Both the position numbers and the translations under genes were made by a program. Shown here in pieces: positions 37,522 to 49,132 of a DNA stretch of 64,000 bases (the first letter of the stretch is position 1; each line of letters begins with the position of its first letter). The notes beneath the pieces were generated by a model. That model did no database searches and was not told where the DNA came from. It saw nothing but the letters and a program-made list of their open reading frames with translations. The DNA comes from Zygnema circumcarinatum SAG 698-1b (lineage: Eukaryota; Plantae; Zygnematophyceae): positions 1 through 64,000 of the forward strand of contig CM074807.1 in NCBI GenBank assembly GCA_037447605.1, in the 5' to 3' direction.

Positions 37522-37959
37522 CCTGTCTCGTCTTGTCTGCAAAATCATTCCCAGCCATCTCATGGACTCTCGCCTGAGGTTCTCTCCCGGGCCGTGTGAT
37601 GTGATGTCTGCACCGGTCTGTGTAATGTGGACGTAAATCTTAGGAATTTGATGCCAGAGCGACTACTTTGGCAAAATGAAGATCCACTCACAAAACAACA
37701 CGACTTCTGGTGTTATTTCAGTATACGGGAGAAAATCTCCCTTACGGTTTTTTAATATTGGCACCCCTTAGTGAGTGAATTGCTTCAGCTCCAGCGGAAG
37801 TGTCAGTCAGCCCATTCATCTTTACGCCCACCACACGGGGCATCTTCCTGCACGCCATGCCAATCCACCACATCATGAAATACCGCCAGGCCGGCAGGCA
37901 GCCGCAGTATCGCGTACTGCGCTTCGACTCGACTGTGGATCAATTCTTCCATGAGGCCA

Positions 37960-38450
37960 TCCGTCCATCCATCTATCCATCCATCCATCCATCCATCCAC
38001 CCATCCATGCATCCATCTATCCATCCATCCATCTGCTTGCTCGCTCTCTCGCTCGCGAGTCGCAACTCGCAAGGAAGGAAGGTGCAGCAGAAAGCGAGCC
38101 TGCGAGCGTCCTTCTGCGTCTGTCTGTTTGTCTGTCTGGTTGTCTACCTGTCTGTTTATCTTTCAGTCTGTCTTCTTGTCTGTCTGGTTGTCGGTCGGTC
38201 GGTCTCGCTGTCTGTTTCGTTGTCTGCCTGTATGTATGTCTGTCTGTTTGGTTGTCTGCCTATTTGTCTGTCTGATTGTCTCTCTCCGTATGCCTGTCTC
38301 TGTCTGTATGACTGTCTGGTTGCCTGTCTGTTTCTGTCCGTATGTATCTGTTTGTCTATCTGTCAGATTGTCTGTCTGCCTGTATGTCTGTCTGCTTCTG
38401 TCTGTCTGTCTGACTGCCGGTCGCGCTCCATCCGTCCGTCCGTGGCCGTC
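37960..38450. repeat. (CCAT)n and degenerate (TGTC)n simple-repeat tract
   Basis: Directly visible. Confidence 0.9.
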
Positions 38451-39104
38451 CGTCTGCACGCGCCTGCCTGCCCGCCCGGGCCGGCCCGCGGCAGCCGCAC
38501 CGAGGGAGGGAGGTACGGACCACCGTACGGCGCGCGGCGGAGGCCTGCGCTGCGCCTCTCGCGGGGCTGCGGGAGGGGAGGGGAGGGAGAGGCCGCGGGC
38601 GGGCGCCCTGCCTGCTGTCTGCGGCTGCTGTTGCTGCTGCTGCCTGCTGCGGTATCGCCTCGCCGTCGCAAGGGGAACCCCTCGCAAACCTCTCGCGTTC
38701 TCTCTCGTCTCCCTCTCTCTACTCTACTGCTTGCGGAGGCGGAGCATGCACGCGAAGCCTCAACTTGGCTACTCTTCATAGCCTAGCTTCTCGAAGTCGC
38801 CTTAGCACACGCCCTTTACCTTGTAAGGAATTATGCCCTTTGCGACTGCTTAAACTGATGAACAGGAAATTATTAGTTTAGCAAGGTTCCTAGGCATCCC
38901 AAGTCCATGATGTTGCATATGGGACTAGAGGACTGCTGTTTTCTGGAACGAGGCTTAGTGATCTAGGGCGGTTTGGACACCCTTGCATTCGTTTGCCCCA
39001 TCGTGGCGTTTATTGATCTGGTTTTGTTTTCCCGTTCGTCCATTTTGTACTCCTCTGTGGTGCACACCGGCAGACACGACCCCGTCCCCCCCCCCGCATC
39101 GCTA

Positions 39105-41463
39105 ATGGCGGAGCCGTACGATGTGAGAGGTGGCTCACCGCTTGCGCCGGCCAGCGGAGGGGCCCCTCCGCCCCTGCAGCAGTTCGCAGGGACGGAACAG
39201 GGAGGGACCTCGCCCGGGGGAGGACGAGGGCGGGGGGAAGGCGGCGGCGGCAGAGGCAAGCCTTGGCAGCAGGAGGGGGATTGGCCATGCCCGAATCCAA
39301 GGTCTGTGAGTGTGCCAGCTTGGGTGAGCAGCATCCTCCTAAAGCCTCCCTCCACCTTATCCACCATCCGTTATGATGGCGTGCAAGTGTATTACTGAGT
39401 TGTTTGAGGATCATACTGAGTCAGAAAGTGCTGTCGTCGTTTCTTGGACCTCCATTCCTCGTTTGCTTCATCCCAAAACCCTGCGAATTTTTCAGTTCAA
39501 GTCTGAACTGTTGTATCTACTCAGGGACCTTGTCAGGACATTGTCTCATTGGAATAGTATTCCGTGTGGTTGCTTATCCATTTCCTTGCCTGAAGCTGTT
39601 TGCCCGTAGCAAAGCGGAATCTGGAAAGCGGTTCAGAAAGCATGGCTTCTGTTCAAACTCAGTTTTCTTTCCCTTTTTTTTTTTGGCAACAGCTGCAATA
39701 ATGTGAACTTTTCTTTTCGAGGAGAATGTAATCGGTGCAACACTCCACGTCCTCCTGGAGCTGGCGGCAGCGGGAGAGGTTCAGTCGGGGGGGGCAGAGG
39801 TCGTGGCCGAAGTGAAGTTGGCGGGCGCGGTCGCGGTCCTGGAGGCCCTCCCGGCCTCTTTGGGCCAAACGACTGGCCGTGTCCGATGTGAGTCTGCTTT
39901 CTGTACTGTGGCCTTGGCAGCGGCGGTGGACTGGAGGCTGGCATAAGTGGAGCGTTTCTCATATGTGACATTTCCGTGTCAGGAATGTCATGCTGCTGCA
40001 CCGAGTGCGCATCATTTTTCTCATGCTAGAAAAGCGGTTGATGAGAGCTCTTATCGTCATTCAGGTGTGGCAATGTGAACTGGGCGAAACGCAACAAGTG
40101 CAACATTTGCAACACTAATCGACCGGGCTTTAACGAGAGTGGTCCAAGGTACAGTCTCGTTGTCATTATTGTCTCGACTCAAAAAGACGTGGTTTAGAGG
40201 GTTGATGATTTCCTACTTCTCTTCATGGGCAACAATCTCCTGGCTGTAGTATAATAGTAAGGTTATTATTGCTTGAATATTGTTTGTGTGCTATATCTGT
40301 AGGCCAAGTTTAGTTGATTTCAAGTGCGTCACTTTTAAGGAGGTTGTCTTGTTCTGTCGATTGTGAGAAACTCCGTCAGTGCCAATATTGTCTTCGTGAT
40401 GAATTCAATTCGTTTCCTTCTCTCAGGGAGGGCCGCGCTGGAGGCTACAAGGAGTTTGACGAAGCTGAAATTGAGGAGACGAAACGGCGTCGCAAGGAGC
40501 TTGAAGAGGTAAAATAAATACGCAGTTAGGCAAGTATCAGGAAGGATCAGTTCTGATGATAATGTTATGAAAGTTGCAGCTAGGCGCGCATCGGGTCTGC
40601 CAGAAGAAAGTGCTGCTAGAATCCTGAGCTCACTGCTGTCAACTCCATTTGTCTTGGAATATGTTCGTCTGCTTCTGGCGTATGCTGCAGGATGATGGAG
40701 AGATTTACGACGAGTTTGGGAACCTGAAGAAAAAGTATCGCAAAAAGGTGGACACCCCTAATGTTTCTCAAGCGGGAAGGGCGGGCTGGGTAATGGATGA
40801 TGTGAAAGTTCGCGATAGACAGGTACGTGTGCTGGTTCCGTGCATAATTGTAGTACTTGATTGCATATTCAGTCTTCCAGTATAGATTATCACGCTTGTT
40901 CGCACAGCCTCCCTGTTTCCTGATTGGGCTTTGATTAAATGGTTTAGTTTTTCATTACTCGTTGATGTGTCTATTGGCGTATTTACTGCTATAGGAGTCT
41001 TGCATTTTGAGGCTTTCAAAAAGCGGCCAGATATCCTGCGCAAGTTGTTTAGTTCTGTATTACGTCGACAGTCAATACCATCGTGGATTGTTGAAATAAT
41101 TGACTCTTTCGTAACGGTGTACAGAAGTTCGACAAGGGCAGCAACAGAGGCGAATGGGGAAGTAACGAGAGAAGTGAGTATGACGAGCGGGATGACGCCC
41201 TCAACGGAAAGCGGCCCCCGGATGAGCGCGACCTGCGAAGCAGCGAGCACAGCCGCGAGCGTGAGCGCGAGCGAGACAGGGATGCGGAGGCGGAGGCGGA
41301 CCGCGGGCGCGGAGGGGGATGGGAGCACGGAAGGGGCTCTCCGCGAGGCAGAGAGCCAAGCCGCAACGACGACTATGGGCGGAGTAGAGATCGAGATAGG
41401 ACGAGGGAGCGAGATTTCCCTCAAGAGCGCAAGAGGGAGCGCGAACGTGACCGCTTTGATTAG
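39105..41463 (+). CDS. RanBP2-type zinc-finger RNA-binding protein (ZRANB2-like) with RGG and RD/RE-rich tail
   Basis: Two fingers, [29 protein letters not shown] and NDWPCPMCGNVNWAKRNKCNICNTNRP, then EGRAGGYKE..YDEFGNLKKKYR and a charged tail to TAG 41463. The start is tentative. Confidence 0.9.
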
Positions 41464-43275
41464 CATTACAGAGAGCTCCGTGCAACTCTGTGCCTGCCTG
41501 TGAATCAGACTCATGGAGGGTTTCTCTGCTCAAGGCACGGATCCTATTCTCGCCGTGGGATGGTTTCTGATTCTCCCGCGCTGAGGTCTGGTGTTGGTGT
41601 ATTGCTGTTTGGCAGCCATCAGGCATCATGTGGCTTGTCGGTCGTCTTATGACGATGGTCCAATGAAACGGTTCATTTGCTGCGACAGTCACCTCAAAGT
41701 GGCCAGCCTTCTTTCAAGGGTCATTGTCGGCCCTCCTTTGTAATTCTCGTCAGGCCCCATGCGTGTGTTTCCGACTGCTTGAGGGGGCAACGCGCCCTAA
41801 ATGGTGCTCCCTCCCAGGGCTGTTGCGAGGAAACATGGTGGAGAAGGTGCCGATGGTGAGGGTGACAACCAACACTAGTGGAACTGCTGCAAAGCGCACG
41901 ATGATGGAGAGTGGGACGAAGGGATAGTGGGGGCTTCCCAGCACCCTTCCAGTTAAGCCTTCGCTAGAGTGTGGATGCTTCCATAGCTGAGGACCTCGCT
42001 GTATGCGCCCGATTGACGGAGCAGCAGAGGCTGTTGCCCTCACAGCGCTGCAGGCCTTGCCGGCAGTCCTAGGAGGAGACGGACAGACTGGGCCTTCAGG
42101 CGGGAGGGCTGCACAGCACTCGGAAGCCCCGTCGCAAATGCAAAGTTTATTATCCAATAAACGTGGGATTCGTTCAACTGCTTTAAAACTTGTGTGCTAC
42201 TGTTCTTTTCACCACATTCCAATTCAAATTCAGACACGCGTGCACGTTCAGGGCTTGCATTGGCAAGCAAGCAGAGCACAACACACCGCTCTGGGAGGTC
42301 CCGACTTCCTTTCTGTGGCAGACATTGCTTGCGCCGTGTGCAGACGACCGAACGAACGCGTATTAGGGGCTCTGACCGCCGGCACTGCTGCCGCTGCTGG
42401 AGCTTTATAGGTGAGCAAAGCTGCAAATACATATTGCGGTGGAGGCGAGGCTCCTGGGCGATCCGGACAAGCAGGTCCGCCGAGTCAGCCTCCACCGCCA
42501 AGACGTGGTATGAGCCAGCCAGCCAGCCGTCCAGGCGGTGGCCCAGCGCCGCGATTTGTGACGCAGCAAGCACCCACGACACGCGCACTCCGGCGTCCTC
42601 CACCTGCTCGATCGCTCCCTCCAGGACCAGGACATGACGCGCCTGCACGTTGCCCGCCCGCCCGCCCGCCCGCCCGCGCGCCCGCGCGGCGAACACAAAC
42701 AGACACACACAGGGAGAGGAAGGCTGCGGGCGGGGGCGGCGCTGGGCACGTGACTGTGACTGTGACTGTATCGCGATATATCCATCAATCGCGAAGTGCC
42801 CGGCCCGGCCCCCGCGCCCCCTTCGTACGGTACGGCCGATGGGTGCCACGCAGCACGTGCTCGGTCCACGTGGCACCTCAACCGTACTGTCCGTCGTGGC
42901 GGTGCCTGAATCCGGCGGCTGTCCGTACGGCCGAAGGCGATCTCTGCGGGGCAGGCGTGTACGGCCATACGGACGCTGGAGCAGGCAGCGCATGCGGTAC
43001 GGAGGGAGGCAGGGGGGGCGGAGACAGGGCGGCCATGGCGGGGGCAGCCATGGCCGTGGCCTCGCAGGGCGCCGAAAGGGTCCCGCTCATGGCGCCTTGA
43101 TGCCATGCCCGCGAGCGCTCTGTCCGCTGGGGGGAGTGGCCATCCTCCTCCGCCACCCTCGTTCCATGTGCTCTGGAATTTGGGTTAGGGCTAAGGCAGG
43201 GCTAGGGTAAGGTTCTGCAACCCGACCGCATGCTGTTTTTGGGGGTCTGAAAGCTCCTCGCTGCGGGGGCATGAC

Positions 43276-45154
43276 ATGGAGGGCGTCGGCCATGACTTTG
43301 GGGATGACCCCTGGCATGCTCTGAGGACGGCTACAGAAGCCATGGGCAGCGCGGGGGCCGTGGGGAGCCTGGGCGCCATGGCGGGCATCGGGCCGCTGGA
43401 GGCGGCGAAGTGCGAGCAGCGCAAGTCACTGCACAGCGCGGCCGAGCGGGACCGCCGCTCGCGCATCAACGAGCGCCTCGCGTACCTCGGCACGCGCCTG
43501 CCGGAGGGGCCCGGGAAGGTGGGCTCGCTCGCCTGCCGCTCGCTCTCTCGCCACTTGTGGGGGGAGGGAGGGAGGGAGGGAGGGAGGGAGGGAGGGAGGG
43601 AGGNNNNNNNNNNGGGGGGAGGGAGGGAGGAAGGGAGGGAGGGCGGGAGGGAGGGAGGAGGAATCAATCGATCAAGCATGTCGAATCGGTTTTGTGCTTC
43701 CTGGATGTCTGTCAAGACATTGAAAACTTGCATAATTCATGGGAGTTTGCGGTGTAATTGATTACACTTGCTGCTGCGATTTCTCTCCCTACACTCTATT
43801 ATTTCGGGGCATTTTGTTTGTAACTTGAGTCGCGGAGTTCTCGGTCGTTGAGAGTGCTTTTTCGGTCGTCCGAGATGTAAGGAAGCGAAATGTCGTCTTT
43901 ATCTGCAGTCACCCATAAGTCGTAGTCTCTCGGTCAGGGGATCTCGACGGAGCAACGGTTCTCGAACACCGTTCTCAACGAACCGGCGGGTCGCAGTTGT
44001 GGGTTGGGTTGTGGAAGGCTTTGCTCAGCATTTTGACCTTTCTGCGTGTCTGTTTTCGCAGCAGCACAAGGCAACGCTTTTGGCTCAAGTGATTGAGGAG
44101 TTGACCCGATTGGAGCAGCGGAACAAGGAGGAGTCAGAAGATGGGCCGGTGCCCAGCAACGTAGAAAGCGTCGAGGTGGAGAGAGAGTTGGGCGGCGGGA
44201 ACGATGGCCAGGATGGAGCGTTGCGATACAAAGCGACAATCTGCTGCAAGATGCGACCAGACATTTTCCTTTCCCTGAAGGAACTCGTGAAGGTGCGTAA
44301 ACTGGTCATATTCAGGGTCTGTGGAAAGGAAGTCCTGATGCAGGTGAGGAGAGGAGAGGGGGTTGGTGTTTCGGTGGATAGGAATTGCGGTGAGGTGCGA
44401 AGCCAAAGAGGAAAAATTGCATGTACTTTAACAATGATTTGGTGATTGAGGCACTCTTCTATTAAATTCTGTTCTTGTTAACTACTCTTTTCTTGCTTTC
44501 CTCATTTCTGCAGTCTCTGCACTGCTCGTTCTCAATGAGTAGCGTCTTTGACCTTTTCACTTGTTTCCCACTTCCCTTTTTACTTTCCCTTCTTTCTTCG
44601 CACTTCTCTCTTAGCCTTTGTGCTCTCTCTCTCCCACTCGCCCTCTTCTTTCTTCTACACTTCTTTCTCTCCCTTCGCATCTCTTTTGTTCTTATGGGAG
44701 ATTGAATTTGAAAATTCAATTATACGCATTTTCCAGTGATCTGATGTACGCAGGTTAGCAAATTTGCTGATTGCTTCAACAGCACAGCTCAGTTTTTCAG
44801 TTTGTTCAATTCCACTTTCCAGCGTTCACAACTCATCCCTCCTCCCCCCCGCCCTCCCGCTGCCCCATGCAGGCCTCGAAGCTGAGTCTGCAGGACATGC
44901 AGATGGTGAACGTGCTCGGGTGGGCCACGCTCACTCTCGTCCTGCGCGCGGCCGCGGAGGGGGACTGCAGCGGCAGCAGCGGCAGCGTCTGCAGACCGGA
45001 CTCCGCCGCGGAGGGCATCAAGGACGCGCTGTGGGCTCTGGTGGACCCGAGCAAGCAGCCCGAGGCGGCCAGCAGCTCCGGGACCTCCGCCAGGAAGCGG
45101 CAGCGCTGCTCGCCTGTGGAGTCCACCTCCAGGCCCTCCAGTGAGTCGATGTAG
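43276..45154 (+). CDS. bHLH transcription factor with ACT-like domain, TMO5-like (subfamily Vb)
   Basis: Three exons. HSAAERDRRSRINERL..HKATLLAQVIEEL..VPSNVESVEVE..YKATICCKMRPDIFLSLKELVKASKLSL..VNVLGWATLTLVL parallels the TMO5-clade pattern (HSEAERRRR..DKASLLAEVI..VPTE..KASLCCEDR). Confidence 0.85.
43560..43660. other. (GGGA)n tract containing a 10-N assembly gap (43604-43613)
   Basis: Ns are visible within bHLH intron 1. Confidence 0.98.
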
Positions 45155-46313
45155 GCGGCCGGGGCGAGCTGTGCTGTTCTTGGGCTACACTGAGCTGGCT
45201 GGCATGGACGGGCATGGCGGAGAATGGTGCCAAGTTGCAGGCTGTGAGGGACGAATGACTGTCTGGCAAATTGTTACCAGATGAAGCCCTATTTAGTGGT
45301 GCTGTATAGGTAGAGGAATGGAAGCTTGATAAAATTGAATAAACTCGGTTTGCATGAAATCAAGTGATCGGTTGCATTGATCAAGCAGCGACAGTCTGTC
45401 CACGGAACATCTGCAAGATGCTTCGACCTTCCAACTAGTCGCCGGGCTGGGCAGAGTGCCGCAGCTCGTCTTGGCGTCGGCACGGCGGTGTGCTCCCGCA
45501 CATGTATGCGTGCCATTGGCGTTGTAGGGCCGGGAAGGGCTATGAAGGGATGGGTTCAGGCAAGCGCACAAGGAGGGGGGGGGGGGGCGATTGTGACTCT
45601 TACGGCGCACGCACGCATGCATGCATGCACGCTTGGTAGGGAACTACACGGTGGATGGTCGCGATAACGCTGTTACTGTTGATCCAAATCTAACCTCTTT
45701 TTATTGTGTTTTTCAAGCAAATTTTTGAAGTCTTCTCTATGTAAAACTCCACGCACGGCAAATGCTCCAAGAAGTTCGAGGGCAAGTTCAAAGGCTCGGG
45801 TCGAGACATAAGCCATGGAGTTGGCCCTGCTCGGCGAGCCATATGGTGAGGAGGAGCAGTAGTAAAAATGCAGTAGCTAGTAACTGTACGCAGTAGTTAT
45901 TATTGATTTCTATAAAGGTGCAGCTCGACGATGGGGTCTCCCGTACTGTTCTGCAAACACTACCGCAGCAGCATGTGCCTCTCTCTGTGCCTTTTAGTGC
46001 CGCACTTGGAAAAATACTCGTGGTGATGCGGAACTGTCCAACCACTTGATGATGGCGCACTAGAGCACGTTGTTGCAGTTTTGAAAAACGAACAGACGAC
46101 TACAGCCATGAAAGCCCGAAAGGGGCAGAGAGAAAACTCCGCGTGTGAAAAAGAACCCACCCAACGACCAAACAGAACAAAAGAATCAAGCAAGTCAAGT
46201 GCAACTAAACTGAAAACAACAAAAGAAACGAGACTAAAGCAGGCACAGCGAAATGAAATGAAAACGAGATTACGGCAAAGGACGCTAAACAGACTAGAGC
46301 CCACAAGCACCCG

Positions 46314-46503
46314 CATGGCCGGATGTACAGTGGGAGGGGCTCAGCCCCCCCTAGATGTTGAAAAACTTTCAGCCACTGATCGATCGCCTTTGAGGGTTGC
46401 ATAGCGAAAACACATATCAGTTTTTTTCTCCAACGCGCTGGTCAACCGCCCCTCTAAACGCAAAACTTGGATCTCAGCGCCCCCCACTGGAAGTAACCAT
46501 CCT
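46314..46503. mobile_element. Degenerate copy of the 29605 hAT-MITE family
   Basis: Shares the internal core ttgaaaa..atcgcctttga.ggttg.atagc.aaaacaca with 29605-29788; termini are eroded. Confidence 0.6.
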
Positions 46504-46960
46504 GATGATATTACATAAGCTGCGATCATTCTCACTAACCTCTATTCCTGCCATGCTTTGCTGATTGCTTCAACACAGTTCTTACATGCACACACGAAGA
46601 AATATTACTGAAAACAAATCAAGCAAGAAACACCGAAATTGAGAATTCAAGGAGAAAGCTCCGCCAGCTCCAAAACTCCTTAATAAAGTTACACGGAAGT
46701 AACAAGCAGTGTTTGAGCCCTCAGGCTACTACTACGTGCTCTGACTTACTTCCGACACCCCCTTGCTGCCCATACAGCTAGGCACCTGCGCTTAGCACCA
46801 CAAGCTATGCTGCAGATGTATCAAGATTTTTTTTTAACTACCCCTAAGTAAATCCTACTTAAATACTACGCGCTGCACAACTCCACGTTCTACAGCGTGC
46901 CGCTGCGCGCCACCGCGCTGCACCGCACTCCACCGCGCCGCGCTCCTCCATGATGCCAGC

Positions 46961-47001
46961 GACGCTCCACGCTCCACGCTCCACGCTCCACGCTCCACGC
47001 T
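46961..47001. repeat. (ACGCTCC)n heptamer tandem repeat
   Basis: Directly visible. Confidence 0.9.
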
Positions 47002-47537
47002 CGCCCCATCCGGCGCTGGAACTCACTTAGGGCACGCCATGGCCAGGGGAGGAGTGTCCGTACAGCTTACCCCTTCCCTTGAAGCGTCAACCTTCTAGAA
47101 GCTTCCGTATCCACGCGAGCGCCTCTCCAGCGCCACATCCGAATGTCCACGTGTCGCATGTCGACTGTACGGTCTTCTGCCAAAGCAATAAGCAACATGT
47201 GACAGCGCAGCCTATCGCTGCGTGCCACGTGTCCAACCTAGATTCCTCCAGTTCAGACCATCAGAACAGGACCTAGCGCCCTGTTCCCATTACAACTAGA
47301 TCACCTAAGGACGACCGACACTACTGAGGATCGTACGGTGTACTTTCTAGGCTTAGATCCCTATCGTACACTACACATCCATCCTGGATCCGCCCCTCCC
47401 TCCCTCCCTCCCTCCCTCCCTCCCTCCCTGAGTGCCGTGCCCTTGGAGGTCGGGTCGCCAAAGGAGGGCGGATGCCAGTCGGCCGTCTACCGTACCTGGC
47501 TGAGTGGAGGGACGAGGGAGGGAGGGAGACGCGGGGC

Positions 47538-47690
47538 GGGGAGTGGGGAGTGGGGAGTGGGGAGTGGGGAGTGGGGAGTGGGGGGACAAAGGCGCCGCGG
47601 CCCGCCCCGCAGAAGCAGCCGCCCTGCTTGCCTGCCTGCCAGCCTGCCTGCCGAACGGACGGACGGACGGACGGACGGACGGACGGACGG
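47538..47690. repeat. (GGGGAGT)n and (GGAC)n tandem repeats
   Basis: Directly visible. Confidence 0.9.
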
Positions 47691-47727
47691 ATGGCGACCA
47701 TCCCTACTACAGTACCGTAAAACCGAA

Positions 47728-48277
47728 CAGGTTGAGAAAAAAAGAAATTAAAGATTTTGGCTACTCAAAAGAAAGAAACTTTCAAAACCTGTTTCTCAAA
47801 ACAAAAACCCTATATTTGTGAACACGATTTGTTTTGAGAAATGAGAAATGAATCCCTAATTCTTTTTCTCAATACAATTTTTATGACGAACCAATTGAAC
47901 GTTTAACAATAAAAAGTTTGTGTTCAATCTGAGTTTTCCTTGGGTCCACCGATCAACAATGAGATTTTAGCGGATCGCAAAGAGGGCGGACCCGGAGTTT
48001 CGTACAAAAAATTGTTGATCGCCTCGCGGAAAGAGTCGTACGGCAAAACTTGGGCCCTGGTTAACCGGATCCCTCGAATCGCACAAAACCAACGTGGCAA
48101 AAACTGGAACCCACACGTGTGACCGAACCAATTGAGACTTTGAACTTCTTTTCTAAAACTTTTCACTTTCTTAAATCGAAAAAGTTTCGACCTCGAGTGT
48201 TCACAGTTGAACCCTATTTTTCAATAAGTTTGAGAATTTCGAAATGAAGTAAACTCGTTTCTCAATTTCTGACCCTG
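47728..48277. mobile_element. Putative non-autonomous DNA-transposon remnant (AT-rich island)
   Basis: Sharp AT-rich block in GC-rich surroundings. Ends CAGGTTGAGAAA and TTTCTGACCCTG are a 10/12 inverted match, with repeated TTGAGAAA/TTTCTCAA motifs inside. No clear TSD. Confidence 0.4.
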
Positions 48278-49132
48278 TCCGGCTGTACGGCCCTCGGCAA
48301 CTAGGCACGCCGCGCCATGCCACGCAGCGCCAACATTACATCACAATACTGTCCCGAGTGGGCCGCGTCCCCTACACGACCTGCCGTACCGTACCGTACA
48401 TGCTGCTGTTGCTGCTTCCGCCCTGCATGTTGGCTTAAGCGCAGCCCGCCGAGCCCACAGGGCCGCCCGCCGTACGAATCCGTACAGTGACGGGGCCGCC
48501 GCGACTTTGACTTCGACTTTAGCGCGCGCGGCGCTGCGGCGGCCAGGCGCCCGCCCGTCTGTACGGCCGCGTGGCGTGACCGCCCGCCCAGGGCCGTGCC
48601 GACAGCAGGGGCCCAACCGTTACTTGCGCTCTTGTCGGTGCGGTTTGTCGCCGTCGATGACGACGGCTGCTGCAGGGTGCGCAGCGCGGCCGCCGCCACG
48701 TGGCGGGGTGAGACGCGGCGCGCGCGAGGCGGCGCCGAGCGGGTCTCGGGCGGCGCCGCTTGGCCCGCCGCCGCTTGCCGGTCAACGCCCACCGCCCGCC
48801 GGTCAGCGCGCGGAGCCGCCGTCGAGACCCGCCGGCCCGTCGCCGGCCGGCCCTGGCTGCGCCGTAACGGCCGCGGGCGTTGCCGGCAGCGGGAACGGCC
48901 CCGCATTGTCGCGTAGCGCGGGGCCATACGGACGGGCGGCGGCGCGGGGCGGGGGGGCTTGGGCGCGCGGCGGGGCGGAGCGGGGGCGGGCGCCACGTGG
49001 CGCGCAGGGGGGGTTGGGGGCGGGCGGGCCGGGCGGCGGGTCACCTCGCGGTCCCTTCTTATGGCGCGCCCGCGGGGGGGTATCGGGCCGGTACTTCGCC
49101 CGCCGCGGCTCGGGAAGGCAAGAGACCACGCC

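Noticed and set aside
37800-38786. Long Cys/Leu/Val-rich ORFs (328 aa, 276 aa)
   Set aside because: They arise from stop-free (TGTC)n/(CCAT)n microsatellites.
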